From Fidelibacterota bacterium (GTDB taxonomy: Bacteria > Fidelibacterota > Fidelibacteria > Fidelibacterales > DSDE01): a stretch of DNA of 50,136 nucleotides. Where the stretch lies: NCBI GenBank assembly GCA_046735395.1, contig JBJKQR010000053.1, positions 1-50,136 of the forward strand. The letters run 5' to 3'. The notes under the pieces were generated by a model. It searched no databases. It was not told the origin of the DNA and saw nothing but the letters and a program-made list of their open reading frames with translations. Shown here in pieces: positions 9,527 through 19,540 of this stretch; the stretch's first letter is position 1, and each line of letters begins with the position of its first letter. Position numbers and translations under genes: made by a program.

Positions 9527-10345
9527 TTAATGTTTTCCCGTCAATTTCAGACAGGAATCGACATCCCATGGAATAATCAGATCCGTGGCGCCCAGATAAT
9601 AGGGTGCGATGTCATAGGCGTTATAATGGAAAAGGAATCCACTGTCCAGCAGGGCAAAATTCCGGCTCAGTTCAAAGCGCCCGCTTCCGAAATCAAATCC
9701 GGCCTCTTCGAGGGACAGGGTATCGGGAATGGAGCGAAGCTGCCGAAACAGCAGCTCACCCTTGCTCCGCAGTGCTTCAGACAGACTGTCACTAAATAGA
9801 TCTTCAAAACTCAAAACTTTTCCATTAACCCGGTTAAAGGACAACAGGTGATCCGTCGTGGACGGGTGAGCTCCTCCGGTAAAACGAAATTCGTTCATTC
9901 TCAGGGACAGAATATCCGAATCGTTTCTTAGTATCGTCACCTGCCGCTGCAGAATCCACGAAGCTGAATGATCGGGAAAGGCACTTAGTACACCCCGGCA
10001 TTCAACATCCATCTCCTCCAGAACCTGGGCGGCGCTGTCCAGCGTATCGCCGCGGAAGAGACTGCGAAGGATGAAACCGGATACGGCATCGTTCCAGTCT
10101 CCCTTTGCGGAGTCAAATTGAAATCGCGGGAAGCTGAGATCAAGCTTCACACTTGTCTGACAGGTTTCAACAGGTCTGAGGCTGTCGGTGAAACGGGATA
10201 TGCGGTACGCCAGGGAATCCGCCCCGCACAGGGACGATGCCAGCAGCAGGGCCGGTATGACGAACATGAATACCAGACTGCGCCTGAAGCGAAAAGTCAC
10301 AAATGTCACAACAGGAACCATAACCTTATTTCGCCTCACAGGCAT
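9527..10345 (-). CDS. DUF4163/DUF3298 (RsiV/PdaC-like) exported protein
   Basis: FTGGAHP and YNAYDIAPY motifs; hydrophobic signal. True start may be ATG 10267. Confidence 0.8.
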   Translation of the reverse strand: MPVRRNKVMVPVVTFVTFRFRRSLVFMFVIPALLLASSLCGADSLAYRISRFTDSLRPVETCQTSVKLDLSFPRFQFDSAKGDWNDAVSGFILRSLFRGDTLDSAAQVLEEMDVECRGVLSAFPDHSASWILQRQVTILRNDSDILSLRMNEFRFTGGAHPSTTDHLLSFNRVNGKVLSFEDLFSDSLSEALRSKGELLFRQLRSIPDTLSLEEAGFDFGSGRFELSRNFALLDSGFLFHYNAYDIAPYYLGATDLIIPWDVDSCLKLTGKH

Positions 10346-10700
10346 GTTTCTGATAACAGAGAATCTGCCATATACGCGAATCTCTCACCCGGAAAATCAG
10401 AACAGCACGCAGACCGGAAGCCGCTTTCCAGCGCAGGATACAGCGATCCCCGAATCCGGCCGCCTCCTCGATTTCCGTATTCATATCAGCACAGATATTC
10501 AAAACCGTCCTGTCCCATTTTTCCAGAAACTCATTCCGGCTGAAAACGCCCTCTGGAAAATCCGGGCCGCAATCATCGAACTGCAGCGTTTCGGACAGCT
10601 GACTCATCATCTTTTCCGAGTTCCGCTCCTTTATCGCTGACCAGAACGCCAGGGCCGTCCGGAGGGCATCCTCCACTTTCTGCATTTTAACCGGCGTCAC
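10326..10700 (-). CDS. SnoaL/NTF2-like protein
   Basis: Size and the EIEE..GFGDRCILRW...FRVRD pattern. Confidence 0.65.
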   Translation of the reverse strand: MTPVKMQKVEDALRTALAFWSAIKERNSEKMMSQLSETLQFDDCGPDFPEGVFSRNEFLEKWDRTVLNICADMNTEIEEAAGFGDRCILRWKAASGLRAVLIFRVRDSRIWQILCYQKHACEAK

Positions 10701-10750
10701 TATTTACTCTTTAATCATTAATAATAGATATATCGTTAAGCTATTTATCC

Positions 10751-11110
10751 TCAGCGATTGTAACCTTTTTCACCAAAGGGCTGCAGATCTTCGACAAAAG
10801 CCTCCAGCAGCTCCTTCAGTTCCAGTGTCGGATCTTCCGGATGCTCCTCATCCTGTTTGAGCTCCGCCAGCACCTCATACACAAACTGCTCCTCACCGTA
10901 CTTTTTCCAGTCTTCCTGCAGCGCCCGGTTCCGGTACATGCCCGCATCCAGCTGAAAACGGTATCTGTTCCAGATCGCGTCCAGATCCTTGCTGCTGTCC
11001 ACCAGGATTTTCCCGTTTGCCAGATTTCGGATCTGGAAAACACCTATGCGGAATTTCATCTTCTTGTATTCGTCATTGATTTCACGTCGTGTCTTCATCA
11101 TTTTCTGCAT
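10751..11110 (-). CDS. Small GIY-YIG-like domain protein
   Basis: GVFQIRNLANGKILV, NRALQEDWKKYGEEQFVYEVL. Confidence 0.75.
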   Translation of the reverse strand: MQKMMKTRREINDEYKKMKFRIGVFQIRNLANGKILVDSSKDLDAIWNRYRFQLDAGMYRNRALQEDWKKYGEEQFVYEVLAELKQDEEHPEDPTLELKELLEAFVEDLQPFGEKGYNR

Positions 11111-11155
11111 CGCTTTCTTTCAATTATATGTATTATTGTCATTATAAAATCCATT

Positions 11156-11815
11156 TTACACAGCCGGGTTTTCTATATGATATTCCGGCCGATGACTGGG
11201 AATGATTCGTTTTGCACCGGCCTTCCTCAGAACTTCCCAGCTTTCACGAGCTTTTGCATCCTTTTCCGTCAGCCAGTCCTCCGGCGGGAGATCACCGGTA
11301 AAGCAGCTTCCGTCTGCCCGCAGAACCGACAGGCTGTCATCACTGTGTCCCGGCGTGGCGTATACGGTCAGTCTCAGATCATTTCGCCTGAAATATTCAT
11401 TAAGCCCGGACATGCTGAAAAGCTCCGAACTATCCTGCTTCAAGGGCCTGTAGCTGCGCGACCATTTGGGATCCCGGGCGATCATCTTTTCCATGCTTTC
11501 GATCAAAGGCAGCTGAAAATCCAGGAGCAAATGCCGGAGGCCCAGAGCCTTGAAACTTTCCACACTGCCGGCGTGATCAGGATGAAAGTGCGTGATGATG
11601 AGCAGGGCGCCAGCCGGATCAGCAATTCCTCCGCGCATCAGCGTCGCCCGGATGTCCTCTTCAGAAGCCGGGTATCCGCAATCGATGAAGATCCGGACAC
11701 CTTCGCTCACGAAAGTAAAGAACGAAGCATGCCCACGTCCCAGCTTCCCGTAGGCCGAGGGAAGTTCAGCCACGGTCTCAGTAGTCTTCACCCTGTCTGT
11801 ATTCATCACACCCAA
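11156..11815 (-). CDS. Metallo-beta-lactamase-fold hydrolase
   Basis: IDCG, THFHPDHAG, TPGHS, FTGD, IIPSH. Confidence 0.9.
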   Translation of the reverse strand: MGVMNTDRVKTTETVAELPSAYGKLGRGHASFFTFVSEGVRIFIDCGYPASEEDIRATLMRGGIADPAGALLIITHFHPDHAGSVESFKALGLRHLLLDFQLPLIESMEKMIARDPKWSRSYRPLKQDSSELFSMSGLNEYFRRNDLRLTVYATPGHSDDSLSVLRADGSCFTGDLPPEDWLTEKDAKARESWEVLRKAGAKRIIPSHRPEYHIENPAV

Positions 11816-11824
11816 AATGGCCTT

Positions 11825-12607
11825 TCAAACATGAATTTCCGCTTTCATATAATCCGCGGCCTGACCGGTGATCCGAACCCGGTCGCCCTGCAGTTCACAG
11901 ATCAGCGAACCGCCCCGTTTCGAGAGCTGGCCTGCCGTCAGGCGGGTGCGACCCAGCCTCTGAGCCCAGTAGGGCAGTAATTCAGTATGGGAGGATCCGG
12001 TCACCGGATCTTCATTGACCCGCAGTTTCGGAAAAAAGGCACGGCTGACAAAATCCGCATCCTGTCCCGGTGCCGTCGCGATGACACCCCGCAGATCCAG
12101 GTCCGCCAGTCGGGCAAAATCTGGTTCAAGCCTGCGGATCTGCTCCTCCGAATCGAAGACAGCGATATGATCGAAGGCAGAGAGATGGACGGTCGGTACC
12201 GCACCCAACCCGGCAATCAGAGCTTCGGGCGCAGCCGATTCGGTGGCTGTCGAGGCGGGGAAGTCCATGGTCAGGCCTCCGTCATTCATCCTCACCGTCA
12301 GCAGTCCGCTGCGGGTCCGGAAACGCAGCTCGGGGCCCGATGCGTGCAGATGATGAAAGAGAACATGTGCCGTTGCCAGAGTCGCATGTCCGCAGAGATC
12401 CACTTCTGCAGCCGGCGTAAACCAGCGCAGTTTGTAGTCCCCGTCCTTTTCGGACGTAAAGAATGCGGTCTCAGACAGATTATTCTCCTCCGCGATCGCC
12501 TGAAGCAGGGAATCATCCGGCCACGTATCCAGTGGAACGACTGCCGCCGGGTTTCCGGAAAACACCCGATCCGTGAAGGCATCCACCTGATAGAGGGAAA
12601 GTTTCAT
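11825..12607 (-). CDS. PhzF family isomerase
   Basis: QVDAFT..GNPAAV, NLSETAF, EVDLCGHATLA, EDPVTGS. Confidence 0.93.
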   Translation of the reverse strand: MKLSLYQVDAFTDRVFSGNPAAVVPLDTWPDDSLLQAIAEENNLSETAFFTSEKDGDYKLRWFTPAAEVDLCGHATLATAHVLFHHLHASGPELRFRTRSGLLTVRMNDGGLTMDFPASTATESAAPEALIAGLGAVPTVHLSAFDHIAVFDSEEQIRRLEPDFARLADLDLRGVIATAPGQDADFVSRAFFPKLRVNEDPVTGSSHTELLPYWAQRLGRTRLTAGQLSKRGGSLICELQGDRVRITGQAADYMKAEIHV

Positions 12608-13557
12608 TACTTTTTCCCCTGGCCGGCTTCATAGCGGGACAGCATCAGGGCATGGATCTTTTCGGACAGGATCTTGAATTTGGGATAAGCCAGCTCCTCG
12701 GTGAGCGGGATAAACAGAGAAATGACGTATTTCACTTTTCCGTCATCCACAATGCCCACATCATTGGTCCAGTAGGCATACCAGCCGGTTTTATGATAGA
12801 ACATGGTATTCGCGGGCAGCCCCTGCGTATACTTCGTGATATCCAGATTACGCCCGAGGAGGCTTTTCATCTGCATACTCACCCAGGGGTTGACCAGAGT
12901 TCCGTCGTAGATACGCGTCATGAAATCTGCCGCGTGCAGGGCGCTGGTTTCGGTCCCGCGTACGGTCTTGTATTCCGGATCCTCAAATTTCCGGCTCAGG
13001 AATTTCCGCGTAATCTCACTGCCTTCCCAACCATAACCGTCTAATAGTTTATTTATATTCTTTCTGTCTGCAATATCGATGAGACAGTTTGCGGCCGAAT
13101 TGTCACTGCGCGTGATCATCAGATCCAGCAGGTAATTCACCGTCACCGTATCGCCGTCACTGATAAGCGGCCGGGGATCAAAGGTCACTTCCCGGGCACC
13201 GTCCACATCGTTCGGAGATTTTACCACATAGGGTGAATTCAATGCGAATTTCCCTTCGCTGATCTGATTAAATATTTCCGCCGCCACGTACATCTTATAC
13301 ACCGAAGCCGGATAGATGAAATTTTCCGGATTTACACCGCCGAAGCGCGCCTTCGGGCCATTCAGATCCACGACAGCCAGGGAAATCTGCTCGATTCCGT
13401 CCTCGCCCACATCAAAATTTCCATCCAGGCCGGCTTCGGCTACAAATTTCTGAAGGCTATCCGAAAGGTCCTTATCAATTGTCCAGTAATCCCTTTCGCA
13501 CAGATTTCCGGCCTGCAGGGCCAGAGCCAGTCCGAACATCAGAGCAATGTACTTCAT
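12607..13557 (-). CDS. Class A beta-lactamase-related serine hydrolase, exported
   Basis: Signal peptide; PASVYK (SxxK), SDN and HKTG motifs. Confidence 0.85.
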   Translation of the reverse strand: MKYIALMFGLALALQAGNLCERDYWTIDKDLSDSLQKFVAEAGLDGNFDVGEDGIEQISLAVVDLNGPKARFGGVNPENFIYPASVYKMYVAAEIFNQISEGKFALNSPYVVKSPNDVDGAREVTFDPRPLISDGDTVTVNYLLDLMITRSDNSAANCLIDIADRKNINKLLDGYGWEGSEITRKFLSRKFEDPEYKTVRGTETSALHAADFMTRIYDGTLVNPWVSMQMKSLLGRNLDITKYTQGLPANTMFYHKTGWYAYWTNDVGIVDDGKVKYVISLFIPLTEELAYPKFKILSEKIHALMLSRYEAGQGKK

Positions 13558-13619
13558 TTTCGTTCCTCCACAGTGTTGAATCCCGGATCGCCGGGTCCGG
13601 TGCCATGTTTATCCATTAT

Positions 13620-14378
13620 TTATTCCAAGCCGGAATCGTCTCCATTTTCAATAAAAACATCAAAATACGCGCCGACCGACTGATTCATTTCCAGAGCAAA
13701 ATCAGACATGTACTTATGTTTGCAGAACGCTTTCACATAGGATGAAAAATCAAAATCAGGATCCGGATTCCGGTCTGCGTACATGTCCCTCAATTCGTCA
13801 TCGGAGAGGGGTGAATAGCGATTTTTACGAACCATGAAGCGACGGTGAAAGCGGGCAGGTTTTTCCCGGTTTTTCTGTCCTTCCGTCGGGTAGCCGAAGA
13901 CAAGCATGGTGACAGGGACCACCCGGTCATGCAGATTCAGAAGCTGGCCGACCTCCTCCCGGTTTTCCAGAATGTCCCCGATATAGCAGGAACCGATCCC
14001 GAGGGATTCGGCCGCCGTCACCGCATTCTGCGCGGCAATGAGTGTATCCTGTGACGCCAGGAACAGATCTCCGGGACCGGGAGCCCGATGGGGAACCCCG
14101 GCCGCACGATAGGCATCCGTCCAGCGTTTCGGATCGGCCAGAAAGACCAGAACCCAGGGCGCGCGGGCAATGAAGGGCTGATTGTCACAGAGTACGGCCA
14201 GTTGCTCCTTCAGGGATTGATCCTCTATTTCCAGAATCGTGTACTGCATCTGATTTCCGGCGCTGGGAGCCTGAATGGCCGCATCCAGTACCAGATCCCG
14301 GACTTCACGGGGAATATCCTCGTCCGTATAAGCCCGGACCGATTTCCGGTCAAACAGCGATTGAAGCACGGGATTCAT
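13620..14378 (-). CDS. Nitroreductase family protein
   Basis: Start MNPVLQSLFDRKSVRAY; APSAGNQ, AAESLGIGSCYIG. The upstream extension in the ORF track overlaps pyrD-K and is ignored. Confidence 0.92.
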   Translation of the reverse strand: MNPVLQSLFDRKSVRAYTDEDIPREVRDLVLDAAIQAPSAGNQMQYTILEIEDQSLKEQLAVLCDNQPFIARAPWVLVFLADPKRWTDAYRAAGVPHRAPGPGDLFLASQDTLIAAQNAVTAAESLGIGSCYIGDILENREEVGQLLNLHDRVVPVTMLVFGYPTEGQKNREKPARFHRRFMVRKNRYSPLSDDELRDMYADRNPDPDFDFSSYVKAFCKHKYMSDFALEMNQSVGAYFDVFIENGDDSGLE

Positions 14379-14403
14379 CAATATTGTCCCTTTCCGGCTC
14401 TCA

Positions 14404-16119
14404 TCAGGGCAGCTTCGCAAAATGGTGCCGCCTGAGATGGGCATAATCATAAAAAGTTCCGCGATGGCAGGACAGCTCCCCGCCGCATTCGCATTCGCCA
14501 CAGATTCCCAGTCCGCACATATTGTTGGTCTCCAGGGAGGCAAAGCAGACGTCCGGATCCAGTCCCAGGCCATGCGCGAGGGCAAGCCCCTTTTCCATGA
14601 AGACTTCCGGGCCGATGATATAAAAAGCCAGATCCCGGCCATCGCGATACCGGATCCATTCGGCGACGTGGTCCAGCACCCGTCCCGGCTGCCCCTCATC
14701 CGCGACCTGATGAAAGGGAACAGATGAGGTGAATTTTTCCTCATAAATGTGTTCATCCGGCCGGGCAAGTCCGTGAAACACCGTCACATCCTTTCCGGCT
14801 GCCGTCAGCATGGCGGCCAGTGACGGAAGGGCGGCGATACCGGTTCCACCGCTGACGAGCAAAACATCCTTTCGGTCCGGAATCTCCGGTGCCTGTCCGT
14901 AAGGTCCCCGGGCATAGAGCGTATCCCCTTCGTTCAGGGCAAACAGCGCTTCTGTAAAAATACCCTTTTTCGCTAAAACATCCCGCTCCCGTTTCCGGAC
15001 AATGAATTCCAGGGGCGAAGGACTGACGATGGAAAACGGTTTTTCTCCTGCATCCGGAAGCCACAGGAAGGCATACTGGGAGGGCGTGAAATCCATTCTG
15101 TGATCCCCGTCCAGCTGTAGGATCCGCAGCGTGGGGCTGATGTCCCGGATGTGGCGAATCACATAGGGAAAATATTCCGCCTGTCGATGCGGGATATAGG
15201 GGACGGTCACGGTTGAGCGTTTTTTATTGACGGCTTCCCGGAATTCTGCCATGAAGCGGATACGGTCCTGAAAGCGGATACGTCCGAATACGGAGCCGAG
15301 GCCGATGATCCGGGCGCCCGCATCGTGGAGGGCCAATGCATCTCCGGGTGTGGACACGCCGCCCATACCCAGAATGGGAATTTCCGGCCCCAGCGCTTCC
15401 CGGATTTCCGCGATCTGACGTTTGGCCACGGGAAAGACCTCCCCGCCCGAGATCCCGCCCCGATGTCCGTTGGGATTGTAGAGAATGGGGCTTCCGCTGT
15501 GTGGCTCGATGAGCTGCTCCGGTCCCAGCGTATTGATGGCGGCGATGCCGTCCGCGCCGGCCTTTACGGCGATTTCGGCGATTTCGGCAATATTCGGCAC
15601 ATTGGGGGTGAGCTTGGGAAAAATCAAGAGCCCTGTGGCGGCCCGAATGGCTTCCATGTACGTTTTAACCAGTTCCGGCGAGGAACCGATGGTTGCGCCG
15701 TAGCCGGGTTCGGCGTGAGGACAGGAAAAATTCAGTTCGAACATGGATGCATAGGCTTCGAAGGCGCGGATGAGCCGGATGAATTCCTCCGGCCTGCTGC
15801 CGGAAATGCTGATATTGAGCCGGGCGGCCAGAGGCTTCTCCAGCAGCACTGCCAACTCCTCACGGACCTTTTCCATGCCCGGATTCCGCAGTCCGACTGC
15901 ATTGCTGTAAGTCCCCGGCGCTTTTTCCGCCAGAATGGGTTCACGGTTTCCCGGATTGGGCTGAACCTGAAAACTTTTCGTAGTAATGATGTCGAATTCG
16001 GGAATATGCGTATCGATCCAGCGGATGATGGCCGGTTTCGTACTCCACACGCCGGAGACTGTAGACAGTTTTATGTCCGGCGACAGTAAAAAGGATCGCA
16101 ACGATTCAGACTCGGTCAA
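14404..16119 (-). CDS. pyrD: Dihydroorotate dehydrogenase catalytic subunit fused to electron-transfer subunit (PyrD-PyrK)
   Basis: N-terminal ITTKS, NAVGLRNPG, ELNFSCPH, KLTPN, INT, GMGGV. C-terminal EKPFSI, RGPYG, GGTGIA and the [2Fe-2S] motif CGLGICGEC...C. Confidence 0.9.
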   Translation of the reverse strand: MTESESLRSFLLSPDIKLSTVSGVWSTKPAIIRWIDTHIPEFDIITTKSFQVQPNPGNREPILAEKAPGTYSNAVGLRNPGMEKVREELAVLLEKPLAARLNISISGSRPEEFIRLIRAFEAYASMFELNFSCPHAEPGYGATIGSSPELVKTYMEAIRAATGLLIFPKLTPNVPNIAEIAEIAVKAGADGIAAINTLGPEQLIEPHSGSPILYNPNGHRGGISGGEVFPVAKRQIAEIREALGPEIPILGMGGVSTPGDALALHDAGARIIGLGSVFGRIRFQDRIRFMAEFREAVNKKRSTVTVPYIPHRQAEYFPYVIRHIRDISPTLRILQLDGDHRMDFTPSQYAFLWLPDAGEKPFSIVSPSPLEFIVRKRERDVLAKKGIFTEALFALNEGDTLYARGPYGQAPEIPDRKDVLLVSGGTGIAALPSLAAMLTAAGKDVTVFHGLARPDEHIYEEKFTSSVPFHQVADEGQPGRVLDHVAEWIRYRDGRDLAFYIIGPEVFMEKGLALAHGLGLDPDVCFASLETNNMCGLGICGECECGGELSCHRGTFYDYAHLRRHHFAKLP

Positions 16120-16160
16120 GGGACGCTCCTGTGGCAGATTTCAATGGAATCATTCAAATA

Positions 16161-17048
16161 TCAGAGAAAGGCAGCCGTCTGGCTGATGAGTTTTTCAATC
16201 TGGTCCACGGCCATTTCGGCCCAATGTTCCGGAGCACTCTGCTTCTGTGCGGCCCAGGGATGGGTCAGGCCGCTGCTGGAATTGATTCGAACCTGATGCA
16301 GAGGATAGGACAGGCCTTTCAGGACAGTGCAGACCTCCTCGGCGCTGCCGCCCTGGGATCCCACGCCCGGGATGAGCAGCGGAATGGCATATTCGGCATA
16401 GAGAGCGGCAACCGACTCCAGTTCGGCAGTGGATGTGGCGCCCACGACCGCGCCCGTACCGGGATAGTCGCGATTCCAGTCGATGATGCGGCGGGCAACC
16501 CGCATAAATAAAGGCTCAGACTCCTTCATGTCCCGGGACTGAAAATCCGCCGCGCCGGCATTGCTGGTCCGGTTCAGGATATAACACCCTTTCCCTTTTT
16601 CGGCAAAACGGACAAAGGGGAGCACCGAGTCTTCACCCATGTAGGGCGAAACTGTGACAGCATCCGCCTCCCAGAGTTCATAGCCTTCGACGGCATAATT
16701 GTGACTGGAGCGGGCAATATCGCCCCGTTTGAAATCCAGAATCACCGGAACATCCGGGAAATAGGAACGGATGAGCTTCAGAGTTCGCACCATCGCGAGA
16801 GAACCTTCAAACTGTCCGTCCATGGGGCGGTCATGAATGATGTAATAGCCCTGATTGGGCTTGAAGGCGGCCGGACGAAGTTTTCGATGGGCCATTTCGC
16901 GGAAGAGAATTTCGAAAAATACGGGAATGGCTGCCGGCCCCATAGCCTGCAGTTCGGCGGGAAAATGATCCGGTACCGGATCACAGCCCATGCACAGAAT
17001 ATTACGGCCTGACCGTGCAGACTGCCGGAGAAGATCGGAATACATCAT
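16161..17048 (-). CDS. pyrF: Orotidine-5'-phosphate decarboxylase
   Basis: FKPN, ILDFKRGDI, VSPYMGED, RTSN, GAVVGAT, LIPGVGSQGG, INSS. Confidence 0.95.
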   Translation of the reverse strand: MMYSDLLRQSARSGRNILCMGCDPVPDHFPAELQAMGPAAIPVFFEILFREMAHRKLRPAAFKPNQGYYIIHDRPMDGQFEGSLAMVRTLKLIRSYFPDVPVILDFKRGDIARSSHNYAVEGYELWEADAVTVSPYMGEDSVLPFVRFAEKGKGCYILNRTSNAGAADFQSRDMKESEPLFMRVARRIIDWNRDYPGTGAVVGATSTAELESVAALYAEYAIPLLIPGVGSQGGSAEEVCTVLKGLSYPLHQVRINSSSGLTHPWAAQKQSAPEHWAEMAVDQIEKLISQTAAFL

Positions 17049-17735
17049 TTACCTCTCAACTTTCGGAAAACCGTGTTTTTCGCCCCAGGCGAAGGGGTCG
17101 CTGTTCCAGCTTCGGAGCAGGGTAAGCTGCTCAGCAGAAAAAGTCCTGTTTTCCTCCATGATATTCATCAGTTCGGGAAAATCGAGGATGGACAGCGGCA
17201 GAATCTGTTTCGCGGTAAAGGCGTCTGCCGCTTCCGGAAAACCGTAGGAAAAAATGGAGATACAGGCCGGCAGCTCCGCGCCGAAGGATCGGAACACCTC
17301 GATGCTCTCCATGCTGGACCGGCCCGTGGAGATCAGATCCTCCACAACCAGAATGCGTTTACCCTTCAGCTCTGCAGGATCATCCACGCCTTCCACCTGC
17401 CTGCGCCGGCCGTGGTCCTTGGCATCCTTGCGGGCATAGAGAAATGGTTTAACCATCCGGTCGGCAAGCATGGCACCCCAGGGCAGTCCGGCCGTGGGAA
17501 TTCCGGCGATGAAATCGCAGTTCAGTTCAGCCTGCTTCACCACGAAGGTCATGGCCCGAAGCACGATATCACGAAACTCCGGATGGGCCAGCAGCAGACG
17601 ATTATCGTTATATACCGGCATGCGGTAGCCCGATGCCCAGGTGAAGGGCGAGTCGGGGCTGAGGCGGATAGCCTGGATTTTCAGGGCCGCTTCAGCCAGT
17701 TCCCTGGAATATTTCACGCATGTCAGGTCTTTCAT
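17049..17735 (-). CDS. pyrE: Orotate phosphoribosyltransferase
   Basis: FTWASG..PVYNDNR, RKDAKDHG, VVEDLISTG. Start ATG 17735 with RBS GGAGG. Confidence 0.95.
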   Translation of the reverse strand: MKDLTCVKYSRELAEAALKIQAIRLSPDSPFTWASGYRMPVYNDNRLLLAHPEFRDIVLRAMTFVVKQAELNCDFIAGIPTAGLPWGAMLADRMVKPFLYARKDAKDHGRRRQVEGVDDPAELKGKRILVVEDLISTGRSSMESIEVFRSFGAELPACISIFSYGFPEAADAFTAKQILPLSILDFPELMNIMEENRTFSAEQLTLLRSWNSDPFAWGEKHGFPKVER

Positions 17736-17766
17736 GTCACCTCCCTGTTTTTTCCGATCCGGCCTC

Positions 17767-19344
17767 TCAGAGTGTCCAGATTTCGTCATAACTGTGGATC
17801 TTGTCGCAGTATTTGCAGATAAAATGGCGTCCGCTGCGGTAAAACTCGGTCACGGCATTCTCAAAATGGGCGGGATTGCTGATACAGTCCGGATTGCTGC
17901 AATTCACCTCTCCGAAATCATAGACCCGCGGTGGCATATGGATGCGGTATTTTTGTTTCACGACATGATTTTCAATGATATTGAGCGTGCATTCGGGCGC
18001 AATGGCGCTGAGTTTCTTCATCCAGGTTTCATTGAAGCTCATGAGGCCCGGAATGGACAGCACGCCCTTGTACTTCCCGTCTTTATGCGATTTGTACACG
18101 CCATGGGATGAGACCATATTAAGCCCGAGAATTTTCCGCACCTTGTAGATCTGATCCCAGATCATTTCAATATTGTCGCCCTTGCCGATATGGTCGATGA
18201 CCGTTCCGTCTTCCACAGGCCGGGTTCCGATCTTGTATTCCGGCTTCGAGCTGCTGAAGGCCGTCACTTCCTCGATGAAGTCATCTATATAATCGGGTTT
18301 GACCGCCGGATCTCCTTCAAAATCCTCACCGATCCTGCCGCCGATCATGCCCACTTCCACGATGCGTGTATAGTACCCGTTGATGGCCTGCTCCTCCCAG
18401 CCGTTGAGCCCGGTCTTGTCGAGACAGAAGGGTACGGTGGGATACTGCTTGTGCCGGGGCAGAGGATGGTAGAATTTCGTTCCGGGCCGGAGGCGCTCCA
18501 TGTATTCCCGGCGGAAAATGACCGAATTCCGCAGGCGCTCGGCCTGATCCAGAACATCCTCGCCCATCCGTTCCAGCTGCAGGCGCGTGAAATACCAGAT
18601 CCGGGCCGTGTCGGACTGGGACAGATAGGCTTCAATGTCGGGGAAAGTCCGCACTTCGAACCCGTTGCGGATCATTTTTTCACGATAATATTCGGGCAGG
18701 GCAATGGGATCGGGGGCAATGAGGTCCACCTTCACATTCCGGAAGATTTTCAGCCCATCCGCCTTGCTGTGAACGGTGCGGCCGTGAAACAGATCCCCCA
18801 CGAGGGCGATATGGATGCTGTCCGTATTGAAATCATTCTTTTCCAGAAACGTATATTCATCGAGAAATTCCTGGGTGGGATGTTCATGCTTGCCGTCGCC
18901 GCCATTGATGATGCCGGGCACGGGAATGCCCACCGATTCGGCATAGGGACGGAGGGCGCTTTCCAGCCAGCGGCAGACCCCTTCCAGACGGGTGCGCAGG
19001 ATGAAGAGGCTGTAACCGCTGTAGCCGCTGAGCATCTTCAGCGTGTCGGCGTAACTTTCACTTTTTGTAAAACTTGACTGTCCCGCGTCGAAGACGTTGG
19101 TCTTGATGTCGTGAAATTTTACTGCGTTCAGAAAACTTTCCTTGGTCCGGGTGCTGGGCTCCACAAACATGAGATAGGCGCCCACATCCCGGCCGACGAT
19201 GCGAAAGTCATCCACCGCTGCGCCGGATTTCATGGCCGCCTTCAGTTCCCGGGTCTTCCGGTACAGGTACAGCTGTTCATCAATCGATAAATCATTGACA
19301 ACGGCAATGGTCCGGCCGCTGAAACGTCCCCTCGTCTTCATCAT
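17767..19344 (-). CDS. pyrBI: Aspartate carbamoyltransferase catalytic-regulatory fusion (PyrB-PyrI)
   Basis: FVEPSTRT, HEHPTQ, GDLFHGRTVHS, TRLQLER, HPLP, then GTVIDHI and Zn ligands CSNPDC...CKYC. Confidence 0.95.
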   Translation of the reverse strand: MMKTRGRFSGRTIAVVNDLSIDEQLYLYRKTRELKAAMKSGAAVDDFRIVGRDVGAYLMFVEPSTRTKESFLNAVKFHDIKTNVFDAGQSSFTKSESYADTLKMLSGYSGYSLFILRTRLEGVCRWLESALRPYAESVGIPVPGIINGGDGKHEHPTQEFLDEYTFLEKNDFNTDSIHIALVGDLFHGRTVHSKADGLKIFRNVKVDLIAPDPIALPEYYREKMIRNGFEVRTFPDIEAYLSQSDTARIWYFTRLQLERMGEDVLDQAERLRNSVIFRREYMERLRPGTKFYHPLPRHKQYPTVPFCLDKTGLNGWEEQAINGYYTRIVEVGMIGGRIGEDFEGDPAVKPDYIDDFIEEVTAFSSSKPEYKIGTRPVEDGTVIDHIGKGDNIEMIWDQIYKVRKILGLNMVSSHGVYKSHKDGKYKGVLSIPGLMSFNETWMKKLSAIAPECTLNIIENHVVKQKYRIHMPPRVYDFGEVNCSNPDCISNPAHFENAVTEFYRSGRHFICKYCDKIHSYDEIWTL

Positions 19345-19501
19345 ACCCGCACTCTCTTTCCGATTTCGGAGCTCATGATACCCCTCAGGTTCGGGGAATA
19401 TAAGCAGAAATCCCGCTAAAATAAAGCAGGACTTGCGTCCGAATCACGATGATTTTGCGGCGGATAGGAGCGGAATGACCTTTCTTTTACAGAGGGTTAT
19501 A

Positions 19502-19540
19502 GGAGTCACAAATTCCAGGAGTAACAAAAGAGTCACAAAA
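19502..19540. repeat. Three short direct repeats GAGT(C/A)ACAAA
   Basis: Copies at 19503, 19519 and 19530. Confidence 0.8.

Noticed and set aside
10751..11110. GIY-YIG protein as a homing endonuclease or mobile intron
   Set aside because: Short stand-alone degenerate domain with no intron structure or interrupted host gene.
14379..14768. N-terminal extension of the nitroreductase ORF
   Set aside because: Overlaps the PyrK half of pyrD-K in another frame; family similarity starts at ATG 14378.
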